64,000 nt of DNA from Eledone cirrhosa (lineage: Eukaryota). The stretch spans positions 22,816,001 through 22,880,000 of the forward strand of contig OZ024751.1 of assembly GCA_964016885.1 (NCBI GenBank), given 5' to 3'. A program made the position numbers and the translations under genes. Positions 13,700-26,775 of the stretch are shown piece after piece. Within the stretch, counting starts at the first letter, position 1. Every line of letters starts with the position of its first letter. The notes beneath the pieces were generated by a model. It was not told the origin of the DNA. It saw nothing but the letters and a program-made list of their open reading frames with translations, and ran no database searches.

Positions 13700-13742
13700 G
13701 TAATCTACGCGTTTCATTCTCGTTAGAAATCATCAGGACTAC
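13700..13742 (-). ncRNA. Minimal type I hammerhead ribozyme (inverted arm)
   Basis: Reverse complement of 13930-13972. Confidence 0.8.
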
Positions 13743-13929
13743 ATATCCAGTGCTTTTATCGAGAATGACACAGCTAGAGACTTATAGAATACTTAGCTGA
13801 ATACAGAGCATTTATTTCAATTTCTAATTTCTGCCGGACCGGCAACCGCTCTTTCAAACCAGTTCCTGTACACAGCTAAGTATTCTATAAGTCTCTAGCT
13901 GTGTCATTCTCGATAAAAGCACTGGATAT

Positions 13930-13972
13930 GTAGTCCTGATGATTTCTAACGAGAATGAAACGCGTAGATTAC
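13930..13972 (+). ncRNA. Minimal type I hammerhead ribozyme, unit 1
   Basis: GUAGUC-CUGAUGA-U-UUCU-AACG-AGAA-U-GAAAC-GC-GUA-GAUUAC; stem I GUAGUC/GAUUAC. Confidence 0.85.
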
Positions 13973-14239
13973 TTCCCTTGCTTTTATCGAGAATCTAATT
14001 GTAATACGTGACGTATTCTATTCTATAGCGATTAGGTCTTCAAAATGTTTATTATAAACATACAGAATATTTTCGAATATTCTATGTCTATATTCACATA
14101 TATATCGCTATTTCAGAGCATTTATTTCAATTTCTAATTTCTGCCGGACCGGCAACCGCTCTTTCAAACCAGTTCCTGTACACAGCTAAGTATTCTATAA
14201 GTCTCTAGCTGTGTCATTCTCGATAAAAGCACTGGATAT

Positions 14240-14282
14240 GTAGTCCTGATGATTTCTAACGAGAATGAAACGCGTAGATTAC
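14240..14282 (+). ncRNA. Minimal type I hammerhead ribozyme, unit 2
   Basis: Identical to 13930-13972. Confidence 0.85.
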
Positions 14283-14549
14283 TTCCCTTGCTTTTATCGA
14301 GAATCTAATTGTAATACGTGACGTATTCTATTCTATAGCGATTAGGTCCTCAAAATGTTTATTATAAACATACAGAATATTTTCGAATATTCTATGTCTA
14401 TATTCACATATATATCGCTATTTCAGAGCATTTATTTCAATTTCTAATTTCTGCCGGACCGGCAACCGCTCTTTCAAACCAGTTCCTGTACACAGCTAAG
14501 TATTCTATAAGTCTCTAGCTGTGTCATTCTCGATAAAAGCACTGGATAT

Positions 14550-14592
14550 GTAGTCCTGATGATTTCTAACGAGAATGAAACGCGTAGATTAC
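14550..14592 (+). ncRNA. Minimal type I hammerhead ribozyme, unit 3
   Basis: Identical to 13930-13972. Confidence 0.85.
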
Positions 14593-14917
14593 TTCCCTTG
14601 CTTTTATCGAGAATCTAATTGTAATACGTGACGTATTCTATTCTATAGCGATTAGGTCTTCAAAATGTTTATTATAAACATACAGAATATTTTCGAATAT
14701 TCTATGTCTATATTCACATATATATCGCTATTTCAGAGCATTTATTTCAATATATATATATATATATATATAATTAATGGTATGCGTAATTATATATATG
14801 TATATAGGTTTAATAATATATGCACGGTTGTATGTGCTTGTTTGCTGTTATATGTACGTACGTGTGTGTAAGTGTGTAGATATATGTAAGTATGTGTGTG
14901 TAAATTGGTGATATATT

Positions 14918-14962
<45 letters not shown>

Positions 14963-15209
14963 GATGATATTTGTACGTATGTGTAAGTTGATGCTATATG
15001 ATATTATATGTGTGAGTATGTTGAAGTGTATGTGTGTATGTTGATGATATATGTGTGTATGTGTATGTATGATTATGCTATATATACGTATGTATGTGTG
15101 CATGTTCAGTATTTCGGGGTAGACTGCACTCAATGACTGCCGCTTGGGGTCATCTGGTGAAGTTGTCAATTACTGCTCGATTAAGAAAAGAACCAGTCGT
15201 TGAATTATT

Positions 15210-16062
15210 GGTGTGGTGTGGTGTGGTGTGGTGTGGTGTGGTGTGGTGTGGTGTGGTGTGGTGTGGTGTAATGTATTGTGGTGTAGTGTGGTGTAGTGTA
15301 ATGTATTGTGGTGTGGTGTGGTGTGGTGTGGTGTGGTGTGGTGCAGTGCAGTGTGGTGTGGTGTAGTGTGGTGTGGTGTGGTGTGGTGTGATGTAGTGTG
15401 GTGTAGTGTGGTGTAGTGTAATGTATTGTGGTGTGGTGCAGTGTAGTGTAGTGTGGTGTGGTGTGGTGTGGTGTGGTGTGGTGTGGTGTAATGTATTGTG
15501 GTGTAGTGTGGTGTAGTGTAATGTATTGTGGTGTGGTGTGGTGTGGTGTGGTGTGGTGTGGTGTGATGTAGTGTGGTGTAGTGTGGTGTAGTGTGGTGTG
15601 ATGTGATGTAGTGTAATGTATTATGGTGTAGTGTGGTGTGGTGTGGTGTGGTGTGATGTGGTGTGGTGTGATGTAGTGTAATGTATTGTGGTGTGGTGTA
15701 GTGTGGTGTAGTGTAGTGTGGTGTGGTGTGGTGTAGTGTAGTGTGGTGTGGTGTGGTGTGGTGTGATGTAGTGTGATGTATTGTGGTGTGGTGTGGTGTG
15801 GTGTGGTGTGGTGTGGTGTAGTGTAATGTATTGTGGTGTGGTGTGGTGTGGTGTGGTGTAGTGTGGTGTAGTGTGGTGTAATATGGTGTAGTGTGGTGTG
15901 GCGTGGTGTGGCGTGGCGTGGCGTGGTGTGGCGTGGTGTGGTGTAGTGTGGCGTGGTGTGGTGTGGTGTGGTGTAGTGTGGTGTAGTGTGGTGTAATATG
16001 GTGTAGTGTGGTGTGGCGTGGTGTGGTGTAGTGTGGCGTGGTGTGGGGTGGTGTGGTGTAGT
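15210..16062. repeat. (GTGTG/GTGTA)n pentanucleotide array
   Basis: About 850 bp of degenerate pentamer. Confidence 0.97.
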
Positions 16063-16143
16063 GAATTATTCGAGGATAGAAAGGAGATGCAAGCAGATCA
16101 ATACATCGAGAATGAGCAACAGATACATAAATCATACATTAAT

Positions 16144-17025
<882 letters not shown>

Positions 17026-17678
17026 CCATGTATGCAAATTACCCTTGCTCAACAGACTGTATGATCCCACTCAAAATTACTGCCTGATAACATGACAGGT
17101 GACATTAGTTCCCCCCCTCCCCGCCCCCATCCTGCTCCTCCCACCCAAACAATCTCACGTCACACAAACATACATGACATACTGTCATGCATGAATGCAT
17201 CAGTACACAATGTACTCTTTATATATGTGTAAACAGTAGATATATATATATATTTATACAAATATACACAGACACACACACACACATATATATATAAATA
17301 TATATATACACATACATACACACACACATGTATACATACATACACACACATATATACATACACACATATACATACACACACACACATATATATATATAGG
17401 CCCTTTTTCTCTTTTGTTCTTTATGACACACAAATATACAAGGGCACAATTGTATATACATGCATATGAATTAATACTTAGATTTTACGTGCATTTTATA
17501 TATATGTATGTATATATATATATATATACATACATATATACGTGTTTTGTACGTTTCTGAGTCAGTTTGCAATGGAGAAAGAACGAGAGATGGTGAAAGG
17601 TGTAATTGTTATATATATAAATATATATATATATATGTGTTTATTTGTGTGTGTGCTGGTGTGTGTATGCGTATATAC

Positions 17679-17709
<31 letters not shown>

Positions 17710-17780
17710 TATACATACATACACACAAATATATACACACACACACATGAGTGTGTATGTGTGTGTGTGTGTTTTCGTAT

Positions 17781-17882
<102 letters not shown>

Positions 17883-18381
17883 CAGTGAGTGAGTAAGTGA
17901 GCGAACGAGCGAGCGAGTGAGTGAGTGAGTGAGTGAGTGTGTGTGTATGTGCGTGTTATACAGGATAATGTTTATTTAAACTCCGCAACATCTGCCTCTA
18001 TAGAGTAATTATTGTACGAGTCGTTTACGGTGAGGTTTCCATGGAAATTGAAGTCGTATATGGTTTCCTTCAAAACAATTGTTATGTGAATCCGCCATTT
18101 TAAACCCGTGGGACCTACGACTAGGAATGGACGACAATAACCTATCTCCCAGCATTATATTCTATGTGTAACATACACCATATATTACAGTGTACTGTAT
18201 GTGCGATAATAAATAGTAATGTTTGTGATGGTGAAAATTGTTTTGTTTTCGTTTGGTTTGTCTTTCCTAAATTGTTTTCGTTTTCTCTCCTGAATTTCTA
18301 ATATGTGTTATAATGGCTTTTCCAAACCTATCCTAACCAGATCTATATATGTGTGTGCGTGCGTGTCTGTGCGTATGCCAT

Positions 18382-18422
<41 letters not shown>

Positions 18423-18494
18423 ATATATATGTATGTATATATATATGTATGTATATATATATATGTATGTATATATATATATATATGTATATAT

Positions 18495-18527
<33 letters not shown>

Positions 18528-18544
18528 ATATATATATATATATA

Positions 18545-18766
18545 GTAATAATAATAAATTTGAAGACTAAAATCCAAAGAGGACTCGATGAGGATAAATA
18601 TATATCAAATATATTCAGAAGATCCCGTTAAGGGTGAAAGCAGCGATTCTTTGCTTAAACTTTAATCTGTTAATTATATATATATATATATATATTCTAC
18701 TTTGTCCTTTGGTTTTGTTATTTCTGTTTGCTCTCTTTGGATTTTAATCTTCAAATTTATTATTAT

Positions 18767-18770
<4 letters not shown>
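18545..18770. mobile_element. Family D element, rearranged copy
   Basis: Minus-strand 3' tail joined to plus-strand CAGAAGA-TCCC-GTTAA-GGGT-GAAAGCA..TGCTT-AAACT; matches 43028-43287. Confidence 0.75.
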
Positions 18771-18799
<29 letters not shown>

Positions 18800-18803
<4 letters not shown>

Positions 18804-18968
18804 GAAGGAAATGTGGTAAAAAACCAGGTGGACCATAATGCACCAAAGTACTCAATACTTAGGGTAGTAGAGTGGGTAATAGGAACGAGTAGGACCCCGA
18901 CGGCTGAATTAGAGTCCAGAATTAGCCGTCGAAACGGCTTGAGCTCAGCCGTCGGGGTCCTACTCGTT

Positions 18969-18971
<3 letters not shown>
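18800..18971 (-). mobile_element. Family A element
   Basis: Reverse-orientation copy of 11201-11377 with fold-back end. Confidence 0.85.
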
Positions 18972-19009
<38 letters not shown>

Positions 19010-19069
19010 TTAACAGATTAAAGTTTATATATTATATATATATATATATATATGATATTATATTATATG

Positions 19070-19228
19070 TTCATTTTATTATGGCTAAATGGTGTATCTT
19101 GTTACTCTGGAGTTTCGCCTGTTTCTCACAGGGTGAAACTCCAAAGGAACAAGACTCCTTATTTAGCGTTAATAAAATGAATATTTAAACTCTACTTCGG
19201 TATTGAATATTCTTTCTATCGTCAACTA
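19070..19228 (+). mobile_element. Family E fold-back element (HHR 3' half)
   Basis: Imperfect palindrome 19070-19181 with GAAAC-TCCAGA-GTA on the minus arm; tail ACTCTACTTCGGTATTGAAT shared with 62461. Confidence 0.65.
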
Positions 19229-19243
19229 CATACGTGTATACAT

Positions 19244-19274
<31 letters not shown>

Positions 19275-19949
19275 AATGTGTGAGTTGTGTGTTGTGTGTT
19301 GTGTGTGTATGTGTGTGTGTGTGTGTGTGTGTAATCAAATTCGCACAAGGAATATACATACATATATAAATACATACCCATAAATATATACACCAACAAA
19401 CATATGTAGATACATACATCAATGCACACATACATACACATTCCTTTTAGAAATACAGAACCACACATATTAACACATTTTTTTTATATCCAGTATGATG
19501 TCGTCTGGGTCTTGCACAGTGAGGACAAATGCTAAGTGTAATTCTACTTCAATTAGAATAATCAAGTTTAGCTGGCAACCAGATAGAAAAGGCTGGAGTA
19601 TTATTTCACTTATTAACTTCGCTGGATTGCCTTTCTTTGCTGGTGTAGTGTGAAAACGCCACTAGGGGCGCTATTTCATTACTTTTGACCCCGCTTTCCA
19701 ATTATCGTCTGCATCCATTTTGGCGTCAGTCATTCGACAGACTGATAGCAAGTCGATATATTCTTCATCATCTGCTGCCAACCATTTTTACATATTTATA
19801 AATTGATGGCTAATTAATTCTGTCAGATGCATAAACATAAATTGAAGATGAGAACGAGAGGGAATGGAAGAGAATTAAAGAGAATGAACGAGATTTGGTT
19901 AGAATGAAAGAGAATAGGAGAATGAAAACGAATGAATGAGAGAAGAAGA

Positions 19950-20365
19950 GAAAGGGTGAGAGAGGAAGAAAAAGAGCGAGAGTGGAAGAGAGAGGGTGTG
20001 AGTGGAAGAGAAAGAGTGAGAGTGGAAGAGAAAGGGTGAGCGTGGAAGAGAAAGGGTGAGAGTGGAAGAGAGAGAGTAAGAGTGGAAGAGAGAGAGTAAG
20101 AGTGGAAGAGAGAGAGAGTGAGAGTGGAAGAGAGAGAGAGTTAGAGTGGAAGAGAAAGGGTGAGAGTGGAAGAGAGAGAGTAAGAGTGGAAGAGAAAGGG
20201 TGAGAGTGGAAGAGAAAGGGTGAGAGTGGAAGAGAGAAATGAGGGTGAAAGAGTGGGAGTGGAAGAGTAAGAGTGAGAGTAGAAGAGTAAGAGTGACAGT
20301 GGAAGAGTAAGGGTGAGAGTGGAAGAGTAAGAGTGGAAGAGTAATGGTGAGAGTGGAAGAGAATG
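19950..20365. repeat. About 20-bp GAGTGGAAGAG minisatellite
   Basis: Repeated gagtggaagagaaagggtga variants. Confidence 0.9.
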
Positions 20366-20554
20366 AAAGACGATGGAAGTAAATTTTAGATATGTTATTC
20401 GTCCCTCAGATAAAAGATACTGAAGAATCAAAGGAACCATTTAAAAGAATATATTAAACTCACATATTTATATATTTACCGCAAAACATAACTTAATGTC
20501 TTAAGAATGGAGGAAGAACTTATTGGACAATGAAGTTCTAGATATGCAAAACGT

Positions 20555-20610
<56 letters not shown>

Positions 20611-20748
20611 GGGATCGATTCTTCCTCTATATATCTTTCTCATTTCCTATCTTTCTCTGGTAGAAATCTGGCCTGGAGAGCGATGGGCTCCGCCAAGCTT
20701 AAAATTCCCAAGAAACGCCTCTACGACTCTGTCAGGAGTTACGAGACC

Positions 20749-20784
<36 letters not shown>

Positions 20785-21344
20785 ATTCGCCAAAGAAACG
20801 GCGTGAACTCAGCCGCCGGGTTCTAACTCTTTGATCATCATCATCACCATCCTCATCTTAACCATCACCATGATGTGATCATCAACATCATCCTCTCGAT
20901 CATGTGATCATCATGATGGGATCCTCATTATAACCCCCCACCACCACCACCATTATCGACCGATAAATCAACCTCTATCTATCCGTACTTTTAAACTGAC
21001 CATGGGGCATGTAGTTGTTTATAGATGGATTCCAACACTAGAAAGAAATCCTGTGATGCGACTATGATTAATGTGTGTAAATAACAGTTTTAATTCATGG
21101 CTATCATCTTCCTGGTTCCTTTTTCCTTTCAGTATATAGATAGAACAACATCTCTCTATAATATCCATACTGTGAAACGGAGATAAATAATAGTCTATCC
21201 GGTCTTATTCTCCGACTTAACGTCCCATCATCTTCCAAATCACGTATATAATGGAACATATATCAACCAAGATTAACAGTAATGGACCGTTTTCACCAAA
21301 GCATAGCATCTATCATTAGAAAAGAACTTTGTAATAATGTGTTA

Positions 21345-21612
21345 GTTTGCTGAAATGTGGATGTTTGCAGTAAAGTAATGTGGTAATGTGGTAGCTTACT
21401 GAAATGTGGATGTTTGCAGTAATGCAATGTGGTAATGTGGTAGCTTACTGAAATGTGGATGTTTGCAGTAATGCAATGTGGTAGCTTACTGAAATGTGGA
21501 TGTTTGCAGTAATGCAATGTGGTAGCTTACTGAAATGTGGATGTTTGCAGTAATGCAATGTGGCAATGTGGTAGCTTACTGAAATGTGGATGTTTGCAGT
21601 AATGCAATGTGG
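21345..21612. repeat. 41/49-bp minisatellite
   Basis: gtggtagcttactgaaatgtggatgtttgcagtaatgcaat, about 6 copies. Confidence 0.95.
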
Positions 21613-21779
21613 TTGTGTTGTTGGTATCGGAAATTTAATTAGTACACAAGTATAGTCAATTCCTTCTCCCATCGTTCAGACTAAAAATATATTGCCATAT
21701 CTCTGTGTGAGAGTATATGTGCGTGTATGTGATAAGCGTACTAATTTGTTTTAGTTCTATGTACCTAGACTTTGTTTTA

Positions 21780-21815
<36 letters not shown>

Positions 21816-22102
21816 AGCATACTTATCCTTTTTTTACCTAATGTTCGTATATATATATAATAAACGTTCTAACATGTTTCATTTAGATAATGTATATAAA
21901 TGTGTACATATATATATATATATATTTACCTGTGTACATGTTTATATTTTTATATATACATACACATACATACATACATACATACATACATACATACATA
22001 CATACATACACATACATACATATACATATATATATGTGTGTGTGTATGTGTGTGTATGTATGTATCTATGTATGTAAGTAAGTGTACTTGGAGTGTGATG
22101 AG

Positions 22103-22145
<43 letters not shown>

Positions 22146-22517
22146 GTGATAATCAAGATCTAATCAGGTTTTCAATTATTCCTCCCAGAATTGTACCTGA
22201 AAGTCTGCTTTATATCCGTCCTGTTAAATCCTATTTTTAGCCAATTATCGATTAGCTATGGTTTGCCTGCTAGAGTTCAATACTTTAAATAATTTTCTCG
22301 ACAGAATCAGCTGTAATGTATCTTGAAAATCCCCCTACCAGCCGATAGCTTACTGGACTGAAGCCAAAAGCATGTATGTATGTATGTATATGTGTTTATG
22401 TATATATGCGTGTGTGTGTTTGTATATTTAATTATGTATATATGCATGTATATATGCATGTATGTATATTTAGGTATGTATGGATAGATGGATGTATATA
22501 TATAGTATGTATATTTA

Positions 22518-22564
<47 letters not shown>

Positions 22565-22935
22565 GTCTATATTTATCTCTGGGTCTAACAATAAACATAC
22601 AACTTCATTTTTGTTGCTGTATTTTACATATAAGCATAAATGGCTGAGTATTCCACATATACGTATAGCTTTACTGTTATCCTCAGACAAAGGTCATAGC
22701 GTGCAGTTAAGATAGTATCGTGTCTCGAAGATATTTATGAAGTGACAATTATTTGGATGGCTTCCAAATATCGAACTGTAATCGATACAGGTTAACAGGT
22801 CATCCCGTGTATCAATGCCTTTATAGGTTGACCAGGATTTGAAGTCAACTATACTCCCTTGTCTGTGCAGGGTTCGGCTGTGTTTATATTCAACAGTTTG
22901 GTATCTTCTTTGCAGTTTTTGTTTTTAACACTGTT

Positions 22936-22989
<54 letters not shown>

Positions 22990-23274
22990 CAACGCACCCC
23001 GCATTCATACACAAACACACATACACAAAAATGAATGCGTGCACACATACATACACAAACATACAAACACTCGAACGAATGTATGCGCCCACGTAGCCAA
23101 ACGGTCAAACACATACACAAACGTACAGAGAGAGAGAGAGAGATGTACGCGCTCACATACACATAGGAACGCAAACACACGAATGTTTGAGTACGTGTTC
23201 AATTACACATACGTGCATGTATGTATGTTTGTATGAAAAAAAAACCGTTTTCCACCAAGATCTAAGTGTATAGA

Positions 23275-23772
23275 AAAGTTATGTTAGTATATAGTATCTA
23301 GTATAGTAAAGATGAGTTAATATACAGTATAGTATATAGTATATTATATAGTAAAGATCTGTTAGTATATAGTAGAGTATATAGTAAAGATAAATTAGTA
23401 TATAGTATATTATATATAAAGATGTGTTAGTATATAGTATATAGTATGTTATATATAAAGATGTGTTAGTATATAGTATATAGTATATTATATATAAAGA
23501 TGTGTTAGTATATAGTATATAGTATATTATATATAAAGATGTGTTAGTATATAGTATATAGTATGTTATATATAAAGATGTGTTAGTATATAGTATGTTA
23601 TATAGTAAAGATGTGTTAGTATATAGTATGTTATATAGTAAAGATGTGTTAATTCACAGTATAATATATAGTATATTATATAGTAAATATGTTTTAATAT
23701 GCATTTTAGCCTATAGTATATTATATAGTAAAGATGTGTTAGTATATAGTAGAGTATAAAGTAAAGATGTGT
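23275..23772. repeat. About 32-39-bp AT-rich minisatellite
   Basis: aaagatgtgttagtatatagtatatagtatattatatat repeats. Confidence 0.9.
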
Positions 23773-24136
23773 AACCTAGTGGTTATAGTGTTAGACTTAT
23801 AATCATAAGATGGTAGGTTTGATTCCATGCCTGAGGGTGGGGCCCATTGTGTGTTTTTGAGTAAGACGCTTCATTTTATCTTACTTTTCATGACGGGACT
23901 GCGAACCTTATCATTAAACCATCCAACAAACCTCATATGATATACAATCTTATAGGAAGCTAGCTAATCCTGCAGAGTTGTGAGCTGTAAATTTCATTTA
24001 CATTCCATTAAGTACACCGACATGCCTCCGTCACCGCTGTATATTATGAGATGTAACCTCAGCTTTGTAGAAAGACAGCTGAACTTGCATAGGTGTTAGC
24101 AGTAATAAAAGAAAAACTTGTTAAATCATAGCCTAA

Positions 24137-24420
24137 CGCATGGCCTGGTGGTAAATGTGTTGGATTTACGATTATATTGTCATGGGTTCGATTCCTGGAC
24201 TGGGTTGTGTGTTGTTTTCGTGAGCTAAACACTATGTTTCACGTTGCTCCAGCATACTCAGCTAAATATTTGTACCAGCTATGCAGTAGATTTAACCCTG
24301 CGATAGATTAACATCCTGTCCAGGTGGAGGGAGTATCGTACTCTCAGTCCCTTAACGCCACGAAAAAAGGGTTAACATCAGCCTGATGAGCCTCTGGGCT
24401 CCAGGCACAATTTAGCTTTA
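24137..24420 (+). mobile_element. tRNA-derived SINE type 2 (CORE/Meta-like central domain)
   Basis: TGGCCTGGTGG A-box, GGTTCGATTCC B-box, gagctaaacactatgtttcacgttgctcc core, ccctgcgatagattaacatcctgtccagg 3' domain. Confidence 0.7.
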
Positions 24421-24980
24421 GTATCTACAACTCGTTCTGAAGTCATAAGCCCAAATATTGCCACACCCTACTGGTGGAGGTATGCAAATCACATTAAGAA
24501 TCACTGCTCTAGAAATGTCCATATTTTTCTAATCACAAGTTACTTCACTGAAACATGGACCATAAAATCTTAGTAAACCGTAGATTATATAGGTTTTTGA
24601 AATAGCGATGTTTACGATCCCGTACGTAATGTTGGGGTTATTATTACGAGAGCAGGTGTAGAAATACTTCTATAGGAACAGCTCATCACATGACATACAC
24701 CATTACAAGGGTAATTAGAAGGAACAGACGGAAATGTAATATGCAGAATGGTTACCAAATAACTATGTAGTAATGGTATGGTGTTCTGCCAAAACTTCCT
24801 CAACCACCCACATTCCGTACACGCTTGTACATACCTATGTATATTCACACAGACATATATATATATTTATATATATTCACATACATGTACATATATATAT
24901 ATACCGGGTCTTCCCCAAAAATGTATACACACTTCAACAGCATTCTAGTAAATATGCGTATACATCTTGGAGGCAACCAG

Positions 24981-25055
<75 letters not shown>

Positions 25056-25688
25056 GAGTGTGTGTGTGTACATGTATGTGAATATATATATATATATATA
25101 TATATATTCACATGCATGTACACACACACACTCATATATATATATATATATATATACACTCACACATATATACTTGCATACGTGTATATATATACATAAA
25201 TAAACATATGTTTGTGTACACACACACACACAAATATAAACTAATGATGCTTAATCAAAATCAGCTTTCCCAATATAAACATGCATTCGATCTGACATCG
25301 ATAATCTACAATCTGAACGGAATCAATAATATTTACAATCAGCTCGGTTCTTGTTGTCAATATATATTTTTGGTAAACCATCCCTCGACCGCCCCAAAAA
25401 AAAAGAACTAGAAAAAAGACAAATACATACACATACATGTGTGTGTGTATATACACACACATATACATACACACACATATACATGTATGTGTGTGTGTGC
25501 ATACACACACATATACATACACACATACATACATGTGTGTATGTACATACATACACACATACGTACATGCACATATATGGACATATACATAGCCATATAT
25601 ATATACACAGTCGGATGCATACATATACACATACGTACATATAGGTACATGCATATATATGCACACATACATACATATATATATGCAC

Positions 25689-25720
<32 letters not shown>

Positions 25721-25758
25721 GCGCAGTCGGATACATACACATACATACACCCATGCAT

Positions 25759-25796
<38 letters not shown>

Positions 25797-26021
25797 GTAG
25801 ACATGCATACATACACACATACACAGATACACAGATATAGACACGCGCACACAGACATACACACACACGCACACATATACAAAGACACACATACAGACAC
25901 ACATACATATACACAGACACACATACATGCATATATACAGACACACACACACTGACACATACATATATAGTCACACACATATACACATACACACACACAC
26001 TGATACACACACACGCGCAGA

Positions 26022-26067
<46 letters not shown>

Positions 26068-26775
26068 CCTACACGCACACACACACACGCAGAGACTCAC
26101 ACACACACGCACGCCTCTGTGTCGAAACTAAGGATTATAAATCATAGAAAGGATTATAAAAAAAAAAAATCAACAGTACTTTAATCAGATATTTGTAAAT
26201 CAGATAAAAATTCTTTCAGTAAGTGTTTTAGTGTATCATTACAAATCATTATCGATTTATTGATTAAATATTTCCCTACACATTACAGATCATATATTTT
26301 TTGGCTTGTTTGTTGTTTTTGTTTGTTTGGTTGTTGTTTTTTTGTTTTTTTTTTGGAGGGTTGTATTCCTACCAATATATTTTACAAGATCAAACAAGAT
26401 ATTTAAGTCTAGTCTAGGTGGAGGTCACCAAAGGATGTGTTTTTGTTGTTGTATTGTTTTGTTTTGTTTTGTTGGGGGGGGGGGGGGGGTTACAAGGCTC
26501 TGAGAATTGACAGATCAACCAACCATCCAGAAATGATAAATGGTTGGTTCCTACTGGAAGAATAATGGTTTTTGCAGTTACATACAGAAGAGAATCCTAA
26601 ATTATTCAAACGAAATAGTTATATGTCTTTTACTAGAGCTATGAGAAGAGTAGGGGTGCTATTGGTTAATACCTGGTTAATTAAATTTGGCAGACGGACA
26701 CAGCCTCAGGGGGAAAGCAAAGGTTGACACAGTTTTGCACCAGTATGATCACAATTCATATATGCATTATATATT

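Larger units (their letters stand above)
13576..14751 (+). mobile_element. Retrozyme/pLTR-like array: inverted 224-bp arm plus three 310-bp tandem units
   Basis: Units start at 13804, 14114 and 14424 (one substitution seen); 13576-13799 is the reverse complement of 13873-14096; TA flanks. Confidence 0.9.

Noticed and set aside
19657-19673. CTCF-like motif cgccactaggggcgc
   Set aside because: One base short of consensus spacing; single short motifs are not supportable.
24383-24402. CTGATGA followed by a small hairpin
   Set aside because: No downstream GAAA or stem I/III; it is part of a SINE 3' end.
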